Assembly (NCBI GenBank): GCA_900752015.1
Contig: CAADTZ010000019.1
Span: 8,045 to 72,044 of the forward strand
DNA length: 64,000 nt
Source of the DNA: an uncultured Collinsella sp.
GTDB taxonomy: Bacteria > Actinomycetota > Coriobacteriia > Coriobacteriales > Coriobacteriaceae
Reading direction: 5' to 3'
The translations under genes were made by a program, and so were the position numbers. Below are positions 48,214 to 57,925 of this stretch, one piece after another (within the stretch, counting starts at the first letter, position 1; every line of letters starts with the position of its first letter). Below the pieces are notes generated by a model. The model searched no databases and had not been told where the DNA came from. It saw nothing but the letters and a program-made list of their open reading frames with translations.

Positions 48214-49347
48214 ATGAGCACTTCGATTCAACCGAACGCGCCGTTTCGCGCCGATATCGTCGGCAGCTTTCTTCGTCCGCAGGCTGTAAAGGACGCCCGT
48301 GCCGTCTATGTCGCGGGTAAACTCGACGCTTCCGGCCTTAAGGCCGTCGAGGACGATGCCATTCGCGATTTGGTGGCCAAGCAGAAGGCCGCCGGCCTGC
48401 AGGTGATCACCGATGGCGAGTTCCGCCGCAGCTACTGGCACCTCGATTTTATGTGGGGCCTTAACGGCATTGAGCGCCGCACCTCACGCACGGGTTATAT
48501 GTTCCATGACGAGGAGACGACGGCCGACACCGCCGTGGTTACCGGTCCCATTAGCGGCGAGAACCACCCGTTCGTCGAGCATTTTAAGTTCGTCAAGGCG
48601 CTTGAGGAGGAGGGCCAGGTCGCACGCCAGACCATTCCGGCGCCGATCCAGACGTTCTCTGAGGTCACGCTCGATCGCTGCGATGGCCAGCAGGAGAGCC
48701 TGCGCGCTGTCTATAAGACCGATGAGGAACTTGCCGACGCCATTGCAGCCGCTTATCGCACGGTGATCGCCGACCTGTACGCAGCAGGCTGCCGCAACAT
48801 CCAGTTTGATGACTGCACCTGGGGCATCTACTGCGATACCGATTTTGTCGCCAAAACCGGCATGAGCCCGGTCGACCTGCAAAAGGTAAGCGAGCTGGGC
48901 GTGGCGCTCAACAACGCCGCCATCGAGGGCAAGCCCGACGATTTGGTCATCAACACGCACGTGTGCCGCGGCAACTACCACTCCACCTACGCTTTTGAAG
49001 GCGGCTACGACCCTATCGCTCCGTATCTGTTCGCACATGAGAATGTCGATGCGTTCTATCTGGAGTTCGACACGCCGCGCGCCGGCGGCTTTGAGCCGCT
49101 CAAGTACGTCGCTCCTGGCAAGAAGGTCGTGCTGGGCTTGGTAACCACCAAGGCGGCAGAGCTCGAGAACGAGGACGCCATCGTCGAGCGCATCCGCGAG
49201 GCGGCAAAGTACGTGCCGCTCGAGAACCTGTATCTGTCTCCGCAGTGTGGCTTTGCCAGCTGCGAGATTGGCAACAAGCTGACCGAGGACGAACAGTGGG
49301 CAAAGATCGCGCTGGTCAAGCGCATTGCCGAGCGCGTTTGGAAGTAA
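48214..49347 (+). CDS. Cobalamin-independent methionine synthase, C-terminal-domain-only type (MetE-like / YxjG family)
   Basis: About 377 aa with the UroD/MetE C-terminal barrel (DGEFRRSYWHLDF...HVCRGNY...SPQCGF zinc ligands). RBS AAGGGAG lies before ATG 48214. Confidence 0.8.
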   Translation: MSTSIQPNAPFRADIVGSFLRPQAVKDARAVYVAGKLDASGLKAVEDDAIRDLVAKQKAAGLQVITDGEFRRSYWHLDFMWGLNGIERRTSRTGYMFHDEETTADTAVVTGPISGENHPFVEHFKFVKALEEEGQVARQTIPAPIQTFSEVTLDRCDGQQESLRAVYKTDEELADAIAAAYRTVIADLYAAGCRNIQFDDCTWGIYCDTDFVAKTGMSPVDLQKVSELGVALNNAAIEGKPDDLVINTHVCRGNYHSTYAFEGGYDPIAPYLFAHENVDAFYLEFDTPRAGGFEPLKYVAPGKKVVLGLVTTKAAELENEDAIVERIREAAKYVPLENLYLSPQCGFASCEIGNKLTEDEQWAKIALVKRIAERVWK

Positions 49348-49544
49348 CGCTACCGCTTGCAGGTGACGGCGCGCGCGAGACATGACGTATCACGTACAAT
49401 GGTCCGGATCGTATCGTTCGGGCAGGTTATCCGATATGCCTGATCGCCCTTCCATCATGAAAGGACTTCCATGTCCCAATCCTCGACGCCCGCCGTATCT
49501 GAACTCGAGGAGACTGCTGAATAGTAGCTGCGTTCAGCCAAATT

Positions 49545-49587
49545 AAAAATGGCGTCCATGCGTATGTACGCGTGGACGCCATTTTTA
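49545..49587. terminator. Bidirectional terminator AAAAATGGCGTCCA-N14-TGGACGCCATTTTT
   Basis: Perfect 14-bp stem with an A-tract on one side and a T-tract on the other. Overlaps the stop of the minus-strand esterase gene. Local coordinates may be offset by 1. Confidence 0.75.
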
Positions 49588-50298
49588 ATGCGTCAGTATC
49601 CAGTGGATGCCGCGCGCCATGCGCAGGTCAGTTTGGGCAAAGTGATTGCCGGGGTTGAGCTCCAGCGTTGTTGGAATGTCACGCTCGATAAACAGCTCTT
49701 CCATCGCACGCGTATCGTCGAGTACGTGCCGCATCATGCGGTTGGGCGTCTTGGTTTCCTTTTTACCGAGCGACAGATAGGCGGCGTCGGGCGTGGCTGT
49801 CATCGTGCGCTCGCGCGCGTAGTCGATAAAGCCGGGGAACCACAGCGACCCCGATGCACTTGCCGCGCGCTCAAAGACATCTGTTTGCCAAAGTGCCCAC
49901 AGTGAAAAAAGACCCGCCAACGAGTAGCCGGCAATGCCGCGCCAGGTGGGCGGGCAGGGAAGTGATGATTCGGCCTCTGGGATTATCTGATTCAGCAGCT
50001 CATCGAGAAACTCAGACGCCTGTCCGCCAAAGGGCTCGGCATCTCGTATAGTTCCGTCGCATTCCCAGGGGCTCAGCTCGCGATTCCAATCGAGCCCTCC
50101 AATGGCGACAAGGGTGAATGGCGGGCAGTCGAGCTCTCGGCAGCGCTCGTAGACTTCACTACCGTCGCCCATAGCCACGGGGAGGTAGATGACGGGCGCG
50201 CCTTCCGCACACTCTGAGTAAACGGTTATCTGCTTATGATGCGCTTCCAAGGCAGGCTTCTCTCGGTGTTGTGATATTGACAGCCTCAATTGTCGCAC
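49585..50298 (-). CDS. Alpha/beta-hydrolase 'putative esterase' family protein
   Basis: GYSLAG is a GxSxG nucleophile elbow. Putative-esterase (PF00756-like) layout. Likely GTG start. Confidence 0.6.
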   Translation of the reverse strand: MRQLRLSISQHREKPALEAHHKQITVYSECAEGAPVIYLPVAMGDGSEVYERCRELDCPPFTLVAIGGLDWNRELSPWECDGTIRDAEPFGGQASEFLDELLNQIIPEAESSLPCPPTWRGIAGYSLAGLFSLWALWQTDVFERAASASGSLWFPGFIDYARERTMTATPDAAYLSLGKKETKTPNRMMRHVLDDTRAMEELFIERDIPTTLELNPGNHFAQTDLRMARGIHWILTH

Positions 50299-50320
50299 GC
50301 TGGCGCGGGGGCAGACGCTA

Positions 50321-50360
50321 AAAGAAAGGCGCGGAGCCGCTCGATGCGACTCCGCGCCTT
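50321..50360 (-). terminator. Terminator of the purine permease gene
   Basis: GGCGCGGAG-N13-CTCCGCGCC followed by a U-rich tract on the transcribed (minus) strand. Confidence 0.6.
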
Positions 50361-50387
50361 GATGTTCTGCTTTAGCAGACTATGCCG

Positions 50388-51698
50388 TTACGCCACGAAG
50401 AAGTAGACGAGGAAGGCAAGGGCTGCGATCCACATGAGCGGCTTGATCTTGGAGGCCTCGCCCTTAAAGAGCGCGACGATCACGTAGGCGATAAAGCCCA
50501 GACCAATGCCGGCAGAGATGGAGTAGGTGAAGGGCACGCCGGCGACAATCATGAACGCCGGGAAACCCTGCGACACGTCGGACCAGTCGATCTCGGAGGC
50601 TTCGCTCATCATGAGGTAGCCGACGTAGACCAGAGCGCCGCAGGTGGCGGCGCTGGAAACGATGGTGACGATGGGGGAGAAGAACGCGGCGAGAATGAAC
50701 AGCACGCCGGTGGTGACGGAGGTGAGGCCCGTGCGGCCACCGTCGGCGGCGCCGGAAGTGGACTCGACGAAGGTGGTGATGGAGGAGACGCCCATGAAAC
50801 CGCCCACAGCAGCGGCGGCGGAGTCGACGATCAGGATCTCCTTGATATTCTCGACGTTGCCGTCGTCGGTGAGGAACTCGCCCTGCTTGGCCACGGCCAT
50901 CGCGGTGCCCATGGTGTCGAAGAAGTCACTCATGAGCAGCGAGAACGAGATGACGAGGAGCGTGGGGTCGGTAAGGACCTTGACGATGGCGGGCACGCCG
51001 CCGGCGTCGGCGATGGGGCCACCGATGCTCGAGAAGTCGAGCGGGGCGATGATACCGGTCGGAGCATGGGTCACACCTAGGGGGATACCGGCGATGACGG
51101 CGACGACGATGCCGATGAGCAGCGAGCCGGGGACGTTGCGGCAGGCGAGGGCGACTGTCACCAGGATGGAGATGATGCCGACGATGAAGGTGGGGGAGGT
51201 GATGTCGCCCAGACCGACGAGTGTACCGGCGCCAGCGGTGATAATGCCGGCATCGCACAGGCCAATCATGGCGATGAACAGGCCCAGACCCACCGAGATG
51301 GCGTGACGCAGGACAACCGGGATGGCGTCCATGATGGCCTCGCGCAGGCCACAAAGCACGAGCAGCAAGATGACGATACCCTCAAGGAAGATGACGCTCA
51401 TGGCCACGTGCCAGTCACCGCCGCAGACGGTGGTGGTGATTCCAGCGATCATCGCGTTGACGCCTAAGCCCGACGCGCAGGCGAGCGGGCGGTTGGCGAA
51501 GATGCCCATGCAGATGGTCATGATGCCGGCGCCCAGGCAGGTGGCGCAGGCGAGCGCTCCCGCATCGATGCCAGCGCCCGAGAGCACCGCGGGGTTGACG
51601 GCGATGATGTAGGCCATCGCCAGGAATGTTGTCAGTCCAGCGCGGAGTTCGGTCCCGATTGTGGACTTGCGCTCGCTGACGTGAAATAGTTCGTCCAT
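50388..51698 (-). CDS. NCS2-family purine permease (AzgA-like guanine/hypoxanthine permease)
   Basis: MDELFHVSERKSTIGTELRAGLTTFLAMAYIIAVNPAVL... is a canonical AzgA N-terminus. About 12 TM helices. ATG at 51698. Confidence 0.85.
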   Translation of the reverse strand: MDELFHVSERKSTIGTELRAGLTTFLAMAYIIAVNPAVLSGAGIDAGALACATCLGAGIMTICMGIFANRPLACASGLGVNAMIAGITTTVCGGDWHVAMSVIFLEGIVILLLVLCGLREAIMDAIPVVLRHAISVGLGLFIAMIGLCDAGIITAGAGTLVGLGDITSPTFIVGIISILVTVALACRNVPGSLLIGIVVAVIAGIPLGVTHAPTGIIAPLDFSSIGGPIADAGGVPAIVKVLTDPTLLVISFSLLMSDFFDTMGTAMAVAKQGEFLTDDGNVENIKEILIVDSAAAAVGGFMGVSSITTFVESTSGAADGGRTGLTSVTTGVLFILAAFFSPIVTIVSSAATCGALVYVGYLMMSEASEIDWSDVSQGFPAFMIVAGVPFTYSISAGIGLGFIAYVIVALFKGEASKIKPLMWIAALAFLVYFFVA

Positions 51699-51891
51699 GC
51701 ATACCCTTTCCTTGCTCGGCCCCGAGTTTAGGCCGATTGACACGAACTCACCCACTATAGCCCCTTTACGACGCTGTTGTTCCTCGCATGTTGATGTTCG
51801 GCGCTTTGTAGCAGACGGACGGTATTTTTCGCATGAAAATGTGTGGGTACCGTATACTTAAGCGGTTACAACGACCCCTATGGAGGAACGT

Positions 51892-52311
51892 ATGATTAAA
51901 GAGCTTTGCCACGACGAGGCTATCCTGTCCCAGCGTTGCGAGGTTGCGACCGTCGAGGACGAGTCGGTTGCTCAGGACCTGATCGATACCATCAAGTCGC
52001 TCGACGATGCCGGCTGCTTGGCCGCTAACCAGATTGGCGTTACCAAGAAGGTTTGCGTCTACCTGGACGATGCCGGCGAGCCCCACGTGCTCTACAACCC
52101 CCGTCTGGTGTTTGGCCTGGGCGCCAGCAAGATGGAGGAGAGCTGCCTGACGCACGAGGAGGTCACCAAGTCCACGCGCTATATCAAGTGCAAGGTCGCT
52201 TATGACGTGATCGTCGACGGCAAGATGCGCGAGCGCAAGCAGGACTTTGTGGGCTTCGAGGCGCAGATGATTCAACACATGATTGACCACTGTCTAGGAA
52301 AGTTGGTCTAA
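51892..52311 (+). CDS. Peptide deformylase-like protein with a degenerate active site
   Basis: Motif I GCLAANQIG is intact. Motif II is ESCLT (canonical EGCLS). Motif III is QHMIDH, where the canonical form is QHExDH, so the catalytic Glu is replaced by Met. 139 aa. RBS GGAGGA lies before ATG 51892. Confidence 0.65.
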   Translation: MIKELCHDEAILSQRCEVATVEDESVAQDLIDTIKSLDDAGCLAANQIGVTKKVCVYLDDAGEPHVLYNPRLVFGLGASKMEESCLTHEEVTKSTRYIKCKVAYDVIVDGKMRERKQDFVGFEAQMIQHMIDHCLGKLV

Positions 52312-52442
52312 GGGGACCAAAGCACCGCACTTCGTCTCTTTTGGTCCGGACGTGACATTGTTGTCATGTCCGGGCTTTTGTGTTTAGCGCCTTTTTGTTT
52401 GGTGACAATAACCTTAGCAGGAACGTAAAGCTAGGAGGCGCT

Positions 52443-53408
52443 ATGTGTACGAGCATTCGATTTACCGATAATTCTGGTCACATGTATCTAGGCCGCAACC
52501 TAGACTGGAGCTTTGACTACGGCCAACAGGTTCGCGTGATGCCGCGCGGGTTCCACGTCCCGTATTCGTTTATCGACGATGCGTCGGCGGCGCACGCGGT
52601 AATCGGCATGTGCATCGATTACGAGAACTACCCTATGTTCTTCGACTGCGGCAACGATGCGGGCCTCGCCGTGGCGGGTCTCAATTTCCCGGGTTATGCC
52701 GAGTATGCCGAGGGCCCTGTCGACGGCAAGAACAATATCGCGGCCTATGAGTTTCCCCTGTGGGTGGCAGCGACGTTCTCGACGGTCGATGAGGTCGAGG
52801 CCGCGCTGCGCGACACGGTGATTGTCGCCAAATCTGCCGGAGAGGGGCTGGGCGTGTCGCTGCTCCATTGGATTATCGGCGACAGCCAGCGCAGCATCGT
52901 GGTCGAGATGATGGCTGACGGCCTGCATGTATACGACAATCCGGTCGACACCCTTGCCAATCAGCCGACTTTCCCGTGGCACATGGAAAACCTGCGCACC
53001 TATATCACGGCCACAAGCGATTTTCCGCAGACGGCGACATGGCGTGGCGCCGAGCTTAAGCCCTATGGAGCCGGTGCCGGCATGCGCGGCATTCCGGGCG
53101 ATTGCTATTCACCGAGCCGTTTTGTAAAGGCGGCGTACCTCAATGCCAATTACCCACAAAAGGAGAGCGAGACCGAAAACGTCGTTCGCATGTTCCGCTC
53201 GCTCGAGGGCGTGGTGATGATCGAGGGAGCGTCCAGGATGGGCGATGGCAAGTTCGAGAAGACTATCTACACCGGATGCTTTAGCGCGCGCACGGGCAAT
53301 TATTACTACGCGATGTATGGGGATCCGTCGATTCGCTACGTGAGCCTGATGGATGCCGAGGGCGCGAGCCCCGATAGGCTCGTGGTTCCCGAGCCGCGCC
53401 GTTCGTAG
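52443..53408 (+). CDS. Choloylglycine hydrolase / bile salt hydrolase family (Ntn hydrolase, Cys2 nucleophile)
   Basis: MCTSIRFTD...YLGRNLDW has Cys immediately after Met, as in BSH/PVA. RBS AGGAGG lies before ATG 52443. 321 aa. Confidence 0.8.
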   Translation: MCTSIRFTDNSGHMYLGRNLDWSFDYGQQVRVMPRGFHVPYSFIDDASAAHAVIGMCIDYENYPMFFDCGNDAGLAVAGLNFPGYAEYAEGPVDGKNNIAAYEFPLWVAATFSTVDEVEAALRDTVIVAKSAGEGLGVSLLHWIIGDSQRSIVVEMMADGLHVYDNPVDTLANQPTFPWHMENLRTYITATSDFPQTATWRGAELKPYGAGAGMRGIPGDCYSPSRFVKAAYLNANYPQKESETENVVRMFRSLEGVVMIEGASRMGDGKFEKTIYTGCFSARTGNYYYAMYGDPSIRYVSLMDAEGASPDRLVVPEPRRS

Positions 53409-53432
53409 CCGTTGGCTTTACTGCAATGCAAA

Positions 53433-53466
53433 GCGGCCCTGCGTCTCTCGTGAGGCGCAGGGCCGC
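53433..53466. terminator. Bidirectional hairpin terminator between bsh (+) and kup (-)
   Basis: GCGGCCCTGCGTCTC-TCGT-GAGGCGCAGGGCCGC with U-rich tracts on both strands. Confidence 0.7.
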
Positions 53467-53487
53467 TGTCGTTGATTTGTGACGTCG

Positions 53488-55737
53488 CTAGAAATTGGCG
53501 TCGTTGAGTTGTTCGCTCTCGAGGCCGTCGAGCAGTTGCTGTTCGGGCGTATCGGCGACGCTCTCGAGCAACTCGGTGGGGTCGACGTTCATGTTCCTAC
53601 CGGCTTCGTTGCCGTTGACCAGGTCGTCCGAGAAGATATCGACTTCCATTTCCTCGGCCTCTTCGATCTGAACCTCGAGCGGCACCTGGGTGCGTACGAG
53701 CTTAACGGCCGGGCGCATGCGGGCAAACAGCGGCACGTACTCGATGATGATGGCCGAGTTCTCAAGACCGTACCAGCGCGCCGGGCTTCCGCAGGCGCGG
53801 CGGACGGCATACTTGATGGCCATCACGCGGTGGTCGTTGCGGTTGATGTCCGTTTCAGGGGCAAGCATCTTGCGCAGCATGCAAAAGCGGAAGTCACCCA
53901 CGTTGCCGCGGGTCTCGTAGATGGAGTAGGTGTGATGTTGCGGCGGCAGCTCGCCCGATGCCATCAGGTCGCCGACGATCTGACGCAGGTAGGCATTAAC
54001 GCGCTGGTTGACCTTAAAGCCCAGGTCCAGGCGCACGCGGAAGAGGAAGTCCGTGCCAAAGGTCTCGACGGAATACTCGTGCGTATAGGGTTCGTCGGTA
54101 ACGTGCACGTTAATGAACCAATATGCCTTGGCGCGCTTGGGGTGCTTGTCCAGGATGGAATAGAGCACGTCGCGGTCGAGCGTGAGCGGATCGGGGCTGT
54201 TGGTGAGGAACACCAGGTTGTCGGCGAGCACGGGGTAGGTCTCGTCGTTGCGCAGGCGGTTGAGCTGATCGATGTACTTGGAGACGGGCAGCAGGATCGT
54301 CTGCGTGCGCTCGATGGCGGTGCCGCGGCGCCACACGTACATAAGGCCAAACAGCAGTGCGGCCAAGAAGATCATCACATAGCCGCCGTCAAAGAACATG
54401 GTGAGGCACGAGGCGAAGAAGCACAGCTCAATGGCACCGAAGAGCAGGGCGAAGACGCAGGCGCCCAGCTTGTGCTTGAGAATGCCAGCGATATAGCTCG
54501 TCAAAAGCGTCGTGGTCATGAGCATGGTCACGGTAATGGCGAGGCCGTAGGCGCTCTCCATGCGCTCGGAGTTTTGGAACAGCAGCACGATGAAGATGCA
54601 GCCGACCCACATGATGTTGTTGACGAGCGGAATATAGAGCTGGCCCTTGGTGTCGCTGGGGTAGTGGATGCGCAGATGCGGCATAAGGTTGAGGCGCGTG
54701 GCCTCGGATACCAGCGAGAACGAGCCGGTGATGAGCGCCTGCGAGGCGATGATGGCCGCTACGGCCGAAAGCACGATGGCAAAGGGGCGCAGGGGCTCGG
54801 GAAGCATCATATAAAACGGGTTGACGATATCCATCGCGAGCATCTGGGGGTTGGAGTTATTGGCGAGCAGCCAAGCTCCCTGACCCAGATAGTTGAGGAT
54901 AAGGGCCGCCTTTACGAACGGCCAGGATGCGTAGATGTTGGCCTTGCCAACGTGGCCCATGTCCGAGTAGAGGGCCTCGGCGCCGGTCGTCGACAGGAAG
55001 ACAAAGCCGAGCACCATGATGCCCGAGTGGTTGATGGGCGAGAACAGGAACATGATGCCGCGGATGGGGTTGAGCGCGCGCAGGATGGACAGGTTGCCGA
55101 GCATGTTGAACAGGCCGGCGCCAGCCAAGAACAGGAACCACAGCGTCATAAGCGGGCCGAACAGCTTGCCGATTGACGAGGTGCCGGCGCGCTGCATGGC
55201 AAACAGGCCGCAGATAATGATGATGGTGATGATGATTACGTTGGTCTGGCCGTCACCCAAAAGCGCATGGCCCCACTCGATAGTGCGCAAGCCCTCGATG
55301 GCCGTGGTAACCGTGACGGCGGGGGTGAGGATGCCGTCAGCGAGCAGCGCCGCGCCGCCGATCATGGCGGGGGGAATCAGCCATGGCGCCCCCCTGCGCA
55401 CGAGACTGAACAGGGCGAAGATGCCGCCTTCGTTGTGGTTGTCGGCCTTCATGGCGATTACCACGTACTTGACCGTGGTCACGAGCGTCATGGTCCAGAT
55501 GACGAGCGAAAGCGCGCCCAGGATCATGTCCTCGCTGACGGTACCGATGCCGCCGTTGTTGGCGACGATTGATTTCATGGTGTACATGGGGCTCGTGCCG
55601 ATGTCGCCATAGACGACGCCGAGCGTTACGAGCAGCATGCCAGCGGAGAGGGGGATGGCTCCGTGCCCGCCTTGCCCGCGCTGGTCTTGGAGGTTTGCCT
55701 CCAGTTTGTTGTGTGCCACGAGGACTCCCTTAGACAT
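53488..55737 (-). CDS. kup: KUP/HAK/KT-family potassium transporter
   Basis: 749 aa. N-terminus VYGDIGTSPMYTMK is canonical for Kup. 12 TM helices plus a cytoplasmic C-terminal domain. The 565-aa antisense ORF is an artefact. Confidence 0.9.
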   Translation of the reverse strand: MSKGVLVAHNKLEANLQDQRGQGGHGAIPLSAGMLLVTLGVVYGDIGTSPMYTMKSIVANNGGIGTVSEDMILGALSLVIWTMTLVTTVKYVVIAMKADNHNEGGIFALFSLVRRGAPWLIPPAMIGGAALLADGILTPAVTVTTAIEGLRTIEWGHALLGDGQTNVIIITIIIICGLFAMQRAGTSSIGKLFGPLMTLWFLFLAGAGLFNMLGNLSILRALNPIRGIMFLFSPINHSGIMVLGFVFLSTTGAEALYSDMGHVGKANIYASWPFVKAALILNYLGQGAWLLANNSNPQMLAMDIVNPFYMMLPEPLRPFAIVLSAVAAIIASQALITGSFSLVSEATRLNLMPHLRIHYPSDTKGQLYIPLVNNIMWVGCIFIVLLFQNSERMESAYGLAITVTMLMTTTLLTSYIAGILKHKLGACVFALLFGAIELCFFASCLTMFFDGGYVMIFLAALLFGLMYVWRRGTAIERTQTILLPVSKYIDQLNRLRNDETYPVLADNLVFLTNSPDPLTLDRDVLYSILDKHPKRAKAYWFINVHVTDEPYTHEYSVETFGTDFLFRVRLDLGFKVNQRVNAYLRQIVGDLMASGELPPQHHTYSIYETRGNVGDFRFCMLRKMLAPETDINRNDHRVMAIKYAVRRACGSPARWYGLENSAIIIEYVPLFARMRPAVKLVRTQVPLEVQIEEAEEMEVDIFSDDLVNGNEAGRNMNVDPTELLESVADTPEQQLLDGLESEQLNDANF

Positions 55738-55818
55738 CCGGTTATCTGTCTAGGACAAAAAACTTTATGCCGTCTTTATACATACAAGAGCAGTTTGGCA
55801 CATCGGGTTATTTTAGAC

Positions 55819-55842
55819 AATAATCCTCAGCTGGGGATTATT
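55819..55842. promoter_or_regulatory. Near-perfect 24-bp palindrome AATAATCC-TCAGCTGG-GGATTATT in the AT-rich kup promoter region
   Basis: 8-bp perfect arms around a CAGCTG centre, 80-105 bp upstream of the kup start. Confidence 0.3.
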
Positions 55843-55875
55843 TATTTATGCAGGTAGCATTTCAAAGCAGGGCTT

Positions 55876-56787
55876 TTAAGCACGTGCTGACTGGGCGATG
55901 CCAGCCTTGGCGTTTGCGCGTTTGCCGGCGAGTTCGCAAAAAATCGCGCCGCCGATGATAAGCGCGGCGCCCATCAGGCGGACCGGTGTTATGGCTTCAC
56001 CCAAAAGGGCGGCCGAGAACACGACCGCCGAAAGCGGCTCGAGGTAGCCGACGACAGCGACGGTCTGGACGGGCAGCTTGGCGACGGCGCTAAAGTAGAG
56101 CAGGCAACCGATGCCGGTGTTGACGACGCCGAGCATAGCGACGGCGCGCCAATCAATACTGGCGGCGATACCGGCGGACAGGAATGAGGGAGCGCCCTGC
56201 GTGATGAGCGTGAGGACCAGTGCGGTCACAAAGGCGGCGCACACCTGGAGCGTGGAGTTCTCGAGGCCCTCGATGTGCGGCGCACCCTTGCTAGCGATGA
56301 CCATCAATGCATAGCAGAAGGCCGAGGCGATTCCACAGACGATGCCCGCAATGGGCATATTGCCGCCTAGACCTTGTGCTGCAATGAGAAAAGCACCGCA
56401 GGCGACGGCGACAAAGCCGGCGATTTTGCCGCCGGTCAGCTTTTCGCCAAAGATGAGCGGGGAGAGCGCCATGACAATGATGGGGCCGCAGTAGTACAGC
56501 AGCGAGGATACGCCGACGCCGATCGTCTGGTAGGCGCGGAACAGAAAAATCCAGCTGGCGCCCAGCGCAGCTCCCGAGAGGAGGAGGGCCGCGGCTTCGC
56601 GGGGACGAGATGGCGCCTGCAACTTATGGTGTTGGGTAGTGGCGAGGATGGTTACAAGCGAGAGGGCTCCCAGAAAAGTGCGTAGCAGCACGATATCGGA
56701 GCTCGGCAGCGCGATGGCAGCGGCGATGATGCCGTTGGAGCCAAACAATAGCAATGCTGCTAAGTACGTAAACAGTCCGTTGTTCAT
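55876..56787 (-). CDS. EamA/DMT-family transporter
   Basis: 303 aa, 10 TM helices, two EamA repeats. Divergent from a LysR gene. Confidence 0.75.
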   Translation of the reverse strand: MNNGLFTYLAALLLFGSNGIIAAAIALPSSDIVLLRTFLGALSLVTILATTQHHKLQAPSRPREAAALLLSGAALGASWIFLFRAYQTIGVGVSSLLYYCGPIIVMALSPLIFGEKLTGGKIAGFVAVACGAFLIAAQGLGGNMPIAGIVCGIASAFCYALMVIASKGAPHIEGLENSTLQVCAAFVTALVLTLITQGAPSFLSAGIAASIDWRAVAMLGVVNTGIGCLLYFSAVAKLPVQTVAVVGYLEPLSAVVFSAALLGEAITPVRLMGAALIIGGAIFCELAGKRANAKAGIAQSARA

Positions 56788-56905
56788 GCGCTTCCATCCC
56801 CTCTATATCCGAGCATGTTCACTATGGGTGAACTGGCTTTAGAAGAAAAGCGAATATAATGCATGGAAAACATGACAAAAACTCATACAAGGGTGGGGAC
56901 GTGCC

Positions 56906-57763
56906 GTGGAGACCAATATCCAAAAGATGCAAGTGCTGCTCGAGACGGTGCGTGCCGGCAGCTTTACGCGTGCTGCAGAGCGGCTGAGCTATTCGCAGTC
57001 GGGCGTGAGCCGCATGGTGGGCGACCTTGAGGCAGACTGGGGTTTTAAGGTGCTTGATCGCAGCCGCGAGGGCGTGGTGCTTTCTGCCGACGGGCGGCAG
57101 GTCATGCCGGCAGTCGAGGCGTTATGCGAAGAGTTTGGCCGCTTGCAGCGACGCGTGGACGAGATGCGAGGGCTCATGCGCGGCAAGATCTGTATCGGTA
57201 CGTTTTCGAGTGTGGCGACTCATGTACTGCCGCCGGTGATCGCGCGCTTTCGCGCCGATCATCCGGACGTCGATTATGAGTTGCTGATGGGCGATTACTC
57301 AGAGATTGAACAATGGGTGGCGGAAGGTCGCTGCGACCTGGGCTTTATTCCGCGCGAGCCACGCGGCGCCGGCATGGCGTCGCGACCGTTGGTGCAAGAC
57401 GAGCTGATGGCCGTGGTGCCAGCGGACTCCTCGCTTGCCACCGCGGAGGTCGTTTCCCTTGCCGATTTGGCCAACGAGCAGTTTATCCTGCTGGAACGCG
57501 GTAGCGACGACGAGATTACGCCGCTGTTTCGCCGCGCGGGCCTGGCGGTGCGCTCTAAGCTGTCGACTTGGGATGACTATGCGATTATGGCTATGGTCGA
57601 GGACGGCCTGGGCGTTAGCATTCTTCCCGCGCTCATCTTGCGTCGCTGTCAGTTCGATGTTGCCGTGCGTCCGCTCGAGGGACATCCTCATCGGAAGATC
57701 AATGCGATATATCGAACGGCCGATGTTTCGCTTGCCGCCGCCCGTTTCCTCGAATACCTCTAA
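56906..57763 (+). CDS. LysR-family transcriptional regulator
   Basis: LysR HTH (GSFTRAAERLSYSQSGVSRMVGDLE). GTG start. The intergenic region holds a GTTCAC-N5-GTGAAC palindrome, typical of LysR boxes. Confidence 0.85.
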   Translation: METNIQKMQVLLETVRAGSFTRAAERLSYSQSGVSRMVGDLEADWGFKVLDRSREGVVLSADGRQVMPAVEALCEEFGRLQRRVDEMRGLMRGKICIGTFSSVATHVLPPVIARFRADHPDVDYELLMGDYSEIEQWVAEGRCDLGFIPREPRGAGMASRPLVQDELMAVVPADSSLATAEVVSLADLANEQFILLERGSDDEITPLFRRAGLAVRSKLSTWDDYAIMAMVEDGLGVSILPALILRRCQFDVAVRPLEGHPHRKINAIYRTADVSLAAARFLEYL

Positions 57764-57822
57764 ACGTGTGCGCGTCATTGCCCACTTTGGGCAAATCTCA
57801 GAGTCCGGTGCATTTTCTTATG

Positions 57823-57904
57823 AAATTGAACTTTCGAATGAGGTGCCGCGTTATACTGCTGCCTAAATTGAACCTTGGTTCAATTCGTATTCTATAAATT
57901 GAAC
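57823..57904. promoter_or_regulatory. Three AAATTGAAC(Y)TT sites, the central one a palindrome AATTGAAC-CTTG-GTTCAATT, overlapping a TATAAAT -10-like box
   Basis: Sites at about 57823, 57866 (palindromic, 8-bp arms) and 57896, directly upstream of the RBS/GTG of the XRE-HTH::aminotransferase ORF. Candidate autoregulatory operators for that HTH. Confidence 0.45.
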
Positions 57905-57925
57905 TTTGCCAGCAAGGAGGTTCTA

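Noticed and set aside
51699-51880. Purine (guanine/adenine) riboswitch upstream of the AzgA-like purine permease.
   Set aside because: Reverse-strand inspection showed no conserved purine-aptamer blocks (UAUA...GGGA...UUUCUACC...CUACG-like P1/J2-3 elements). The region is ordinary promoter sequence.
53479-55176. 565-aa plus-strand ORF.
   Set aside because: Antisense to the kup potassium transporter gene, whose product has the canonical VYGDIGTSPMYT start and 12 TM helices. The plus-strand translation is Gly/Arg/Ala/His-rich nonsense.
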